Of a stretch of DNA of 64,000 bases, positions 31,199 through 61,718 are shown piece by piece. The stretch's first letter is position 1, and each line of letters starts with the position of its first letter. Source of the DNA: Podarcis bocagei (taxonomy: Eukaryota); NCBI GenBank assembly GCA_964188305.1, contig OZ076892.1, one strand, 5' to 3'. Made by a program: the position numbers and the translations under genes. Below the pieces are notes generated by a model. It was not told the origin of the DNA. It did not search any database and saw only the letters and a list, made by a program, of their open reading frames with translations.

Positions 31199-34100
31199 TA
31201 TGAACATTATCTCTTGAGGGACAACAGTATCTCTGCGCTTCTCTCTGTACATGCAACTGTAGAAAATAACATCTGTATTCGCTTTGTCTCTTTCTGCAGG
31301 AAGTTGTACAGCTAAAGGACAGTTGTGTGGTGGCAGAACAGGGGCCTCGGCAGCACCAGCACCACCAAACAATATGTACACAAACTACATTGTAAAAAAA
31401 GAGTAAAGTACATTGTTACATTACAGACAACGCACCCCGCCGCTGTTTTAAACCCCACATTCTACGCAAGTCACACTAGTACAAATAGAAGGTTGTGAAT
31501 TGACCTGTGAGAGTTATTTACATGTATATACACTGTCTGGTAGAAGCCTTTTAACAAGGAGGGGAATTTACACTGAAGTCCAAATCAACAGAGTGCATGT
31601 GTCGAAGGGTGTTATGCTCGTGCTAGTATCCTGGTCTTAAAATTGAGGATTTTAGAAAGTCTTTCCATTCACGGATATAAAAAATAATAATGGGGGGGGG
31701 ATGTCAGGGCCTACACTGTGACTGTGTGGTTATAAAGGAAGTTTCTGAACAGGGCAGACTACCTAAAACAGCCATTCCTTTCCTTAGCCACCCTGGCTGT
31801 GAATGGAGAACAGTACAGTGCTTTTAAGTTGTTCCTGTGGAAACACAGGGTAAAAGCAACCGGCGTTTCTTCCAGGGCACAGAATGTTCGCTCTCAAGGC
31901 TCTAAAGCGTTGGAACACAAACATTTACAGGCAATGTGTCTCTTGCACACAGACACCCACCATGAAGGACCCAAACAGTCCAGTAAGCAGCACAAAAGCA
32001 GTTTGCTAGGGTGAGAGGAAAGTAGCTAGAGGTAGGCATGAAAAACCTGTGTGTGAAGGATGGGCATATGGGAGCCAATCAGCAAGGGAGACGTATGTGG
32101 CTGAGGTGGCATTGGCAGGGGATGCCATCTTTGGGAAGTCAAGTCATTACCCCATCAATGTTAGAGGCTGCTCTCAAAGCCACAGAATTCTGACCAATGA
32201 ATGGTGAGTGAGAAGGCCATTTGGAAGACCTCATTGCTTAGGGAAAGGGAATCACTAGGTTAGCAAATGTCTTCCACAGCACCTGCCACAACTACTGCCA
32301 TGCCTTTAAAGCAGCAACAAACAATTCAGAGGAGGCAACTGTCGTGATACTTTTAAAATATCATATGCACGTGAAAGTAAAATATAAAATAGTCTTCCTG
32401 GCCTGTTCTGTGTATAGGTTTTGGGTTTTACTTCTTTTTTTAAAAAACCAAACTGGCATCTATCTGCTAGATGGTTTTTCCCTCCAAAAGGTTTAAAGGA
32501 AGATGGGTTCTCCTCCACTAAACTGTATTTCAAAAGGAACCTTTGCTGCTAAGGCATGATGTAGGACTGATGGCTTGTTAGCTGCCTGCCTCCCCCTTCC
32601 CTGCAGTCTTCTAAAATGGTTCACAGATTATCAAGCTGCCACCCCACCCAATGACTCAAAGTAGAGAGAGAAGCAGTGCCAAAGGAACACCTGGCCTGAT
32701 ACAAATTATTAAAAAACAATTTGGGAGGAGTGGGAGGAACTCCTACCAAAGTGGGTCAGCCAAAGCAGAGGAGGGCAGACTGACCAGGCACTGAAGAGAA
32801 TGGCTTTTAACATCAACAAGCACTTTGCTTCCTCTCACATAGACACCAGGGGCGAGTGTCTGCACACCTAAGAATATGTAACAAGGACTGGGCATAATCA
32901 AGCAACCCACATTGCAACACTCTTGCTGCCTGCCTTAGCTAGGGGATTTACACTGATGGAAAACTGGGGAGCAATGGGTTCTCTTCAATCACAGAAGATG
33001 CAAAGAAGCAAGGTCTCTCAGAAAATGTCACACACCAGTCAGAAAGTGGGCCTAGAGCTCAACTCAGCTAAACCAAAAGACAAATGAAATGATGCTCTCT
33101 GCTAACACAGGAACCACACAATGCAAGGCATCCCCCCCCCCCCCCGCAACACAACATGCACTTTTCCTGAATGGTGAGGATTTAGGAACAAGACCTTAAG
33201 CTACAGAACCACAAATTCCTCAGCCTGCCTCCACAAAAATTTCCCTCCGGGGGAATATAATCTTTGCTTCTCTAAGCCATCCTCTTGCCCAGAATGTGAT
33301 TGACTGGTGGCTACACATCTGGAAGGGGCTACATAGTGTGCCACAGATGCTCAACATGATTTTCTGCAACTGTCCAGAGTACAGAGCCAAGGCAACATCA
33401 GAAGGCAACTATGGAACAGGAAACAACACAAGCCCACATAACACCTTCTGATGCAGTTCGGGAGAAGGGGGTGTATTTTTAGTTCTGTTAGCTCAACTCA
33501 GGAATACTCTGGCCTCATCTTGTGCTCCAAGGCAAGAGTGGCAGAGCCCAAACTATCAAACTGCAAACCACACTTCAGCCTGCTGACCACCAAATTAGCA
33601 AGCAATCCAGCAGGCTTACACTAACAATGGGGGAGCCACGTCAGGACAAGGAGAATGTCTGCACTTGAACTTCCCTAATTTGAAGTTCTGGCATATTATC
33701 AGCAACTCGTACCCTGAGAAATGTTGGGTCAGAAACCTCTTCAGCGAAGAGGAAGAGATGTTGGGGCTTACAGGGCCCCTTGCTTTGCACGTTTGCCTTC
33801 TCAAACAGCATTTGAGGCTGGGGGCTGCTTCCAAGCACATCCTTCTGAAGCACCTGTGTCCTTTTGTCACAGCTTCAGGCTTTGGTTTGAGAAATGGCTT
33901 TGGCTGCCCTCTCTCCCTCTCATCCACTCCCCACCCTCCCCAGCCCACAGGGGCCCTGGTTCACTCCATCCTGTCATGAGGAGGCAGGACTCTCACAAGT
34001 CTGAATGTGCAAGGGCCTGCCTGAGATCTCATCCCTTTAGACCCTTCCAAGGCAACCCTGTTTAAATATGTTGTGTAGCTGCAGATTCTGCACAGACAAT

Positions 34101-34341
34101 GGGTGCCGGGTCTTTGCTCAAAATTCAAAACTGGGAAGGAAAGAAACCGGATGAGCGTAAAAACATGAGCATTTGGCATGCTCTGCTCTTGCCTGTTTTG
34201 CCGGCCACCTGTTCCACAGGATCAACAAGGCCACATCCCTCACCCCTTTGGCCTCTGTATTGGTGTGTGTTGCTTTTCCCTTCCCTGGGGGTGAGCAGTG
34301 GGAAAGGGGTGGTGGTGGGAGTGTGCTGCCTAGGGTGAACT

Positions 34342-34495
34342 NNNNNNNNNNNNNNNNNNNNNNNNNNNNNNNNNNNNNNNNNNNNNNNNNNNNNNNNNNN
34401 NNNNNNNNNNNNNNNNNNNNNNNNNNNNNNNNNNNNNNNNNNNNNNNNNNNNNNNNNNNNNNNNNNNNNNNNNNNNNNNNNNNNNNNNNNNNNNN
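34342..34495. other. Assembly gap (154 N) inside the ANKRD11 3' UTR
   Basis: Run of N. Confidence 0.99.
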
Positions 34496-35447
34496 AACTG
34501 TACAGCTTTTATGGGATACAATTTATCTTTATACGAGTATTGGCTCTTGTAGTGTTTTATCTTTTTTTCAAGTTATGTTCTCAGAAAGAGAAACAAAATG
34601 CCCAAGATTAAAGGAAAAATATATATATTTATATATATTTATATATATATATATATATAAACCATACGGATTTTACTCCATTTAAAAACTGAATTGCAAA
34701 GTCCTTGCTCTGCGCCACTTATTGTACAGGGTCAGGTGGCTGCTGCCTCCCCATGGTTTTGAAGGATACCTGGAGCATGTCCTGGGTCTCGAGTCCAGTG
34801 GCCTGGCCCTTGTCTGTGCCACCTCCAGGGCCTGGCTGAGTGCTCTCTTCTTCTTTTTTTTATCAACTTATTTTACTGTAGCCTGGATGCAAGAAGAAAC
34901 CAAAGAACTCTCCCACCCCTCCCCAGAACCAACCTACCCCCACAGTTTTGCCCTGCAGTTTATCTGAGGAAAGATCCACCCACAGGCAAATGGGGGGTGG
35001 GAGGAATCAAAGCGCTTGAAACAACTGCTGTGATTGTGAGTGTGTCAACGGCCCTGGTCACCTCCCTTCCGTGTTTGGCAGCCGATGCAGCACAGAGGGT
35101 GGTGTCTCAGGGTTTCTCTTGCTCCCTGCTTCCATCGGTCTCTCTCCTTCCTCCCTCCAGTCTGGTAAGATGCTGCCGTGCGCAAGCTGCCTGCCTTCCG
35201 ACACAGCAAGCGGTGTGAAAGGAGCTGCCTGCACCTCACCTTCCCCTGCTCCTGCTGCCTGGTGCGCAGGGAGACAGTGTGAAGAAAGTGCCATTGATTT
35301 TCTCATTGATTTTTTTTCCTGCTTCCTCCTTGTCTCACTTGGGATTCATCAGCAAGCGGTTGGGGTGTGTGTGAGCGCCTGCACCCATCCTCAGGGGGCA
35401 CCCACCCATGCCAGTTTGCAGTGAGAATGTCTCCAGGCTTGGTACTG

Positions 35448-55064
<19,617 letters not shown>

Positions 55065-55204
55065 TCATTCGTTCTGAAGATATTTGCTATATCTGCTAAC
55101 AGCAGCTTCCCTTACAGAGTGTGTTCAAACCTTTGCTCCTAACAGTGTCAAGATACTGAAGATGCCTTTGTCTAACTTCCTGCAAAGTAAGTTCTAGGGT
55201 TCAT

Positions 55205-55700
55205 TGTTTTTATTTTAGAAAATTTATATCCATGTTAAAAACAGTACGCAAGGTGGCTTACAAATTTGAAAACAAAACATACCACATCTTAATAAATATC
55301 AATGAAAAGAGACAATTGTGACAAGTAGTAAATATTAAAAACAGCAGGGTCAGGTTTAGCATTACAAATTTCTAAACAAGCAGATTAAAAGCCTGTCTAA
55401 ATAAAAGCATCTTAGCAAGATGCCAGAAGACAGGCAGTAACAAGGTCGACTGGGCCTCCCATAGAAAAGAGTAACACAATTTAGGTATAGCCAGGGAGAA
55501 GGCTCTCTCACACATTTCACTTGTCTTGCTTCAGCCATAGTTGGGATGAAGAGAAGAAGGGAGCAGCAGGATGGTACACAAAGAGGCTGCTCTCTGGGTT
55601 ACCTGGACTCAGGCTTCAAGCATAGTCACCAGCCCCCTGAATCATGCCCAGAAACAAACTGAAAACAAGTGTAGCTGCTGTAAAATGGGCGTGATATGCT
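55205..55700 (-). mobile_element. Degraded L2-like 3' fragment
   Basis: caaggtggcttaca ... aaagcctgtctaaataaaa ... gagaaggctctct ... tgaatcatgcccagaaac pattern. Confidence 0.5.
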
Positions 55701-56202
55701 CATTAACACACAAGATGTAACATCTGTCAAACTCAATACATGGTGGAGGATAGGTTTAGACTTCTTAATTAGACCCTTGCAATTTGCCCCTGCCCACAAT
55801 TATTTACACCTATCTCTGTTTAGGATTTTGTAGGAACAGAAGCAAGGGGTTTCCTGATAGGAAAAGCAAGGACCTGGCAACTGGTTTGCTTAGTAAAGCA
55901 GAACAAGAAAATTGCTGGGGAAGAGTCAGAGCTGCTGTATGAATACGATCAGCACCTTTAGCAAACTTCAGCAGCTGATGAGCATCTTCCCAAATAACTA
56001 GTTGAAAGAAAAAGATACAGTGGCTGAGTGTGGACTGGAAATAATGGGGCCACTCATCAGTTACTTGGGGTAAATACACTGGAATGAGTGAACAGATATG
56101 TGCTTAAGCAGGCACACTTTTTTCATAATTGTGTGGAAGTGTACACACTTTCTGAGGCAGCCCATTAACAAGCTAAAACAGGTTGTGCTACCCCAAACCT
56201 TA

Positions 56203-56775
56203 AGAATCATAGAAACATAGAATTGTAGAGCTGGAAGAGATCCCAAGGGTCATCTAGTCAAACCTTCTGCAACGCAGAAATCTCAGCTAATGCATCCATT
56301 ACAGATGGCCATCTAACCTCTGCTTAAAAACCTCTAATGAAGGAGACTCCACAACCTCCTGAGGGCCAGTGTTCCAATGACAAATAGCTGTTACTGTCAG
56401 AAAGTTATTTCTGATGTTTAGTTGGAATCTCCTTTCTTGCAACTTGAAGCCATTGGTTTGAGTCCCTCCCCCCCCCCCCAGAACAGGAGGAAACAAGCTT
56501 GCTTCATTTTCCATGTGATAGTCCTTCAGATATTTGAAGATGGCTATCATATCTCCTCTCAGTCTCCTCTTTTCCAGGCTAAATATACCTAGCTCCTTCA
56601 ACCATTCCTCATAAAGCTTTGTTTCCAGACCCTTGATCATCTTAGTTGCCCTCCTCTGCACACATTCCAGCTTGTCAACATCCTTCTTAAATTGTGGTGC
56701 CCAGAACTGGACACGGTATTCCAGGTGTGGTCTGATCAAGGCAGAACAGAGTGGTACTGTTAACTCCCTCAGTCT
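56203..56775 (-). mobile_element. 5'-truncated CR1 LINE (end of ORF2 and 3' UTR)
   Basis: ORF reads SALIRPHLEYRVQFWAPQFKKDVDKLECVQRRATKMI...LEKRRLRGDMI; TTCTATGATTCT tail. Confidence 0.93.
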
Positions 56776-57021
56776 TGTTGTGGTATTCCTACTTCCAAAA
56801 GTAGGCCCTGCTCTGCCTGGCTTTTCAAAGCCAGCCCCCCCCCCAATCATTCCTTTTAAAGGGGAGTGTTAATCTCATGGTACTGTATCAGATGGAGCTA
56901 ACATTCTGGTAGAGTCTGAAGAGTTTGCCAGATCAGCCACTTGAGATAAAAAAATCAGAATACAGTATAACTAAATCTGCCATTCCACATACAGACTTAC
57001 AGCATTATAACAAGACAAATC

Positions 57022-57023
<2 letters not shown>

Positions 57024-57061
<38 letters not shown>
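57024..57061. repeat. (AC)n microsatellite
   Basis: Seen directly. Confidence 0.9.
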
Positions 57062-57064
<3 letters not shown>

Positions 57065-59976
57065 ACTGCAATAGCAATGGGTAAGTGCTGCCACTCACAA
57101 ATTCTGGGGGAAAGGGTTTACTTCACTGAACATCTACCAACAGTTTCCATCTGGAGCACTCAGATTTTGAGAGGTCACTGTGGGCTACATAGTTGTTCAT
57201 AAGACCCATATTTATATTTCAGAAAGCTTGTGATGGCTTAATGGGAAGCTTTATTTTTAGTACAACAAACAGACCTATGGCATAAGCAGCAGCAGCCTTC
57301 AAGTCTGAATGAGTGGCCGAGCATGAACACTATTCTCCCTGAGCCCCAAGGCAGGACCTGACAAAGTGATTTGCTATCCCATTTCCTCCCTTAAGTCTCC
57401 TCCTTCCCCCATTCTCCTCAGCTTTGAGTGTGCAAATTTCAATGAATGTGATTTTCCACCCTCTTCAGGAGCATTCTAATTTCCTCCTTGCCAGAAGAGT
57501 TATCTTCTCCATAGCTCCCACTCCACCTTCCCCAAAATTAATGCAGTCATTTTAAGCAGTTAAAATTAATGTGGCCATTTCAATACTCTCTTATTCAAGT
57601 GCTAACTTGTTACAAGAGGCATGAAACAAGTATTTCTATGCAATTAAAGTTTCAGGATCAATAAATATGTAATCAAAAGTATATGTAGAAAATAAAAAAG
57701 TTCTTATTGTACACTGTCCAAATAAGAAGGTATAAGTCAACAAAATCATACTTGCATACACTATGAGAAAAGTGGAACAACCACTGTCACGCACATCACA
57801 TGGCTTACTGGTAAACACCTCTGTTTTCCATGGAGGTTTCACTCCTATTACTTTTTCTGTGCTCAGTAGACTAAAAACCTAGTCCTGACAAGCCTAAATA
57901 TGCTTTAGTAATGCCAGAATATGTTAGAGAAGCATCAACGAATAGGCAGTAGACAGTGGAGCATGTCCCAGTTCAATTTTAACACATACGATGATTGAAG
58001 ACTCAATAGACTCAATAGAAAAAGATGGTATAACCACATCAAATGCTGCATTGAACTTATACTGGACACATCTGTGCCAACTAGTTTTGTGTGGCTTACA
58101 ATGTGAATAACATAAGCATTATCTAAAGCAACTTCTTTACCAGAAGTTTTAGTCCAGCCCAAGCAGTGGCTCACTGTAAACAAATATATTTAGGCATCCA
58201 GAGAAAAAACAGGCAAGCATCTCATGGCTCCTGAAAGACCCAAATTACGGTAAATGCACAAACACACACTCAACTTTAGGTGAGCACTCCTTCCTTTAAA
58301 ATCAAGAAACTAAATACTGGAACACAAAATACAACACTCTTGCACAGGAGCTAGATAAATAGATAAATAGAAATGCAATTATTTAATTGGTTATGCTGAT
58401 GTCAGAAAACATTGCTATCTTCAAAACTGAGCCCTAAGTTTGAGGGAAAATATAATTTTCAACTAAGCAAGTTTCCTTGCTTCTTAAAGCAGGTCACACC
58501 TGATGACTCCATTATCAATTGGCAGAAGATAACTGTTTAGGATTTTCATAGAATGAAAATAAATCTAGGGACACTGCCGTAGAAGGGCTGAAAGTATCTT
58601 GTTCCAGTGGACAGGAAATCCCCTAGACTGTTATCTCTCACAGCCTCTGTCCAGAATTAGTAAGGGCTTTAAACAACTGGAATCCTTGAGTATAATAGCC
58701 AATCTCCTAAAATCTCCACAGAACAGATAGCATAAGACTTCCTCTTTCCTTTTCTAAATTGCTCCCAACCAGTGACTAGGCAGATCACAAACGATACTTT
58801 TAATCTTTACAAGGTAAGCAGGCCTCAAACTAGTCAGTGCCTGATAGGAGACAACTTAGACATCCCATGCACAGCAACACTGAGAAGGATATATATGCAA
58901 CCAAATCCAATCAAAACCTTGATGTGCTTATTTGACCAGTTATAATATGGCTACACAAATCAATGAGGATCCTTTTCATTATTTCAAGAGGGCTGCACAG
59001 CTAATAGAAAAACATTTTTATCACATTTCAATTGTTTGCTTCTTAGTGCCCCCTTTCCCCTCTGCATCCTATAGCATTCTCTATCTCTTCCCCATCTGGC
59101 TCCCCCGCTTTTCAATACTCCACAGTTCTCATTGCACCCCATCTCTATTAGTCCATTTTATTATCTGCATTCCTTAGCAGCTCTTTTCTCTTTTACAGAC
59201 CTCTGGACCCCAGTCTGTCACCTCCTATTTTTCTCTTTCCACACCCTCCCCAAACACCTGTCTTTCCACCCTCCCCACCCTAGAGTTCCCTCCCCCCTCA
59301 ATGTTGCAGTTTGAATGATAGGACCATGTGATTCCTCCACAACAAACACCACCTAGATTGTTCCAAGAAGGGAACTACAACTATGTGTTCCCCAGGCAAA
59401 AACAAATGAAAAGACACACACACCACACACCAGTTTGAACTGTAGCATATGTTGCTTAACAACTGTACAAAGAAAAGAAATTATGCTCCATAGCCTGGTT
59501 AAACAGAGAATTTATATTGCTTCAACAATAAACCTTTGACCAATGCTCTTTCATCCTGATGCAGTAGAGCCAACAATGAAATCAGTGGCATAAAATGACA
59601 CAAAATGAAAAAAGTAAAATAAAATAAAATTTATTAGAAAAAGAAACATACAGCCTCTTTTTTCTTCCCCTCTTCATTGGTTCAGTCCTTTCCACAACAT
59701 ATCCTGACAAATATTTATCCACAGTGTACAATGTAACTACACATAGAGCAAAAAGATCTCGTGCTGGGAAAGAGCATGCTGCTCTGATTCTGGAATAGCA
59801 TGGGCTATTCTGACTTTGTGCTCCCCCTTCAATGTCTTATAAAAATGCTGCTTGTGACAAAACCTGTCTTGGTGGAGTGCTGCCTCATTTCAGTAGCTAA
59901 AGTGAACTAGGGCAACAAATAAACCAGGGCACTGCATAGTTGTGCTTGTGTCTGGATGCCTTATCAGCGAAGTCAC

Positions 59977-61718
59977 GACTTCCGGGTTGGCGCCATCGCC
60001 GAATGGCGGACTCCCTCCGAGCTCCGGAGGGAGTCTGCTCGGCAGGGGCTGGGTCCTACCGCGCCGGCGACGCGGGGACCCTCAAAAACCACGGGCATGG
60101 AGCCCGTGGACATGGGGACTCGGCTGGTACCGTCAGCGCCCTCCCGACTCGTGAAGGAGCCTTTTTAAAGGCTACGGATCGGGTGCCAGGGAGCGGCGTG
60201 GTACTGTGAGTCTATCGCTTCCCCTGCCGAGCGCAGCCGCATGCCATTCGTCGGAGAGCGCTGGCTTCTTCCATTGGAAATTCGGACATTTAACAACAAC
60301 CCGTGAGTAATTGGGTAACCGGGTATAAAAGGAGAAAAAAAGGAATTTTTTTCGGATTCGGCACGAGCGGGGGGGATCTAAAAAGGAAGTCAGTCCCCTC
60401 CCTGATTGTAAACATGCTAAAACAAGGACTGAGAAACCAAGATCGATTCAGAAGTTTATTGCTGACAAAAAATATCAATTCCACGATGGGATACTACAAG
60501 AATTGTGCTGGAGGAGAAAAGTCGAGGGTGAGAGGGAAAAGGCAACCCCCCCGGGAACCGGGGCGATTCGGAGAACCTGGCGGAGAGAGATGGAGAGCTT
60601 GACAGCTGTCAAAGTAGCTGTCAAATCTTGAGAATACAAAGAGGACTTTGTTACAAGTATTTTGCTGGTTAATTTTGTTATAATTGGATATAAATATGGA
60701 TACAAAATGTTGGGGGGGAAAAGAAACAACAACTTGACCTTTGGATTAGAGGACACAAAGTTATTGCAACCCCCCTAGAGGGGCTTTGGGACATTACAAG
60801 TGGCGTATGTGGAAAACTACTCCGGGATGTGTACTGGTCTTAGCTCCTGGGAAAGTAGCAAAACTGAAATATTGTTTTGTCTACAGAGGTGACAACACAA
60901 TAGAATCTTTCTATTGAAGCAAGGTAGGAACTGGACGTAAGTTTTTGTTCCTGAATAACAAACCTCTGTAGAGATACTAGATTTCAGAATAAGAATGGTT
61001 TTGCAGCTGAACAAGACAGAAACCTGAGAAAGTAAGAAACAAAAGAGCAAAGGACCAACTACGCCACGGAAAGAACAATGGGAGGAGCAACAACGACCAA
61101 GGGAAATTAAAGGCCTCTATTAGACTGGATTTTTGAAATTAAACATTATCAAAACAAGCAAATTCAAAGAAAACCGGCAAGATGGATTGAGGAAAATTTG
61201 GCTGTGGACTTGAGACCTCCAGGCCGACAACATACAGACTGATGGACATGGGGACTCCAAACCGGGGAAGTGAGGGGGAATTCTAGAATCCAAAGGCTAT
61301 GTAACCAACTTTTGGAATCTTCTTCTATCTTCTATCTTTTATCTTTCTATATAACTTTGGTATTTTGATTTAACATGTTTTGGGGGAAAAAGGGGGAATT
61401 CGTGGAAGGAAACAGGGCAGATCTTGGGGGAAAAATCTTTGTTCTATTTTGTTAAAGATGAGGAGTGATGTTAAGATTGTAATTTAAATTGGCTAATAGG
61501 TACAACATATTAGGTTTAAATTGGGAATGCGAACTTGTGGAACCAACGTAGGGAAAGGGGAATACAGTCGGGAGGGGAAGGAGGGAGTCCCAGAAAGAAG
61601 GTTATGAAAATAAGGGTTAAAATTGGTCTTTCTTTTTCTCTCTTTTCTTTATCTTTTCTATTTTTTCTATTCTGTTATTATTGGAAATTTTAATAAATAT
61701 GATTATAAAAAAAAAAAA
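59977..61718 (+). mobile_element. Full-length non-autonomous L1-type retroelement (1742 bp)
   Basis: Exact 15-bp TSD TATCAGCGAAGTCAC (59962-59976 and 61719-61733); CpG-rich 5' end starting GACTTCCGG; AATAAA and poly(A); no long ORF. Confidence 0.88.

Noticed and set aside
56299-56850. 183-aa ORF as a host gene
   Set aside because: It is the C-terminus of CR1 ORF2 in a 5'-truncated copy.
59590-59640. Possible intronic poly(A) site of ANKRD11 (AATAAA on - followed by a U-rich tract)
   Set aside because: It lies in low-complexity A/T-rich sequence where the hexamer is expected by chance.
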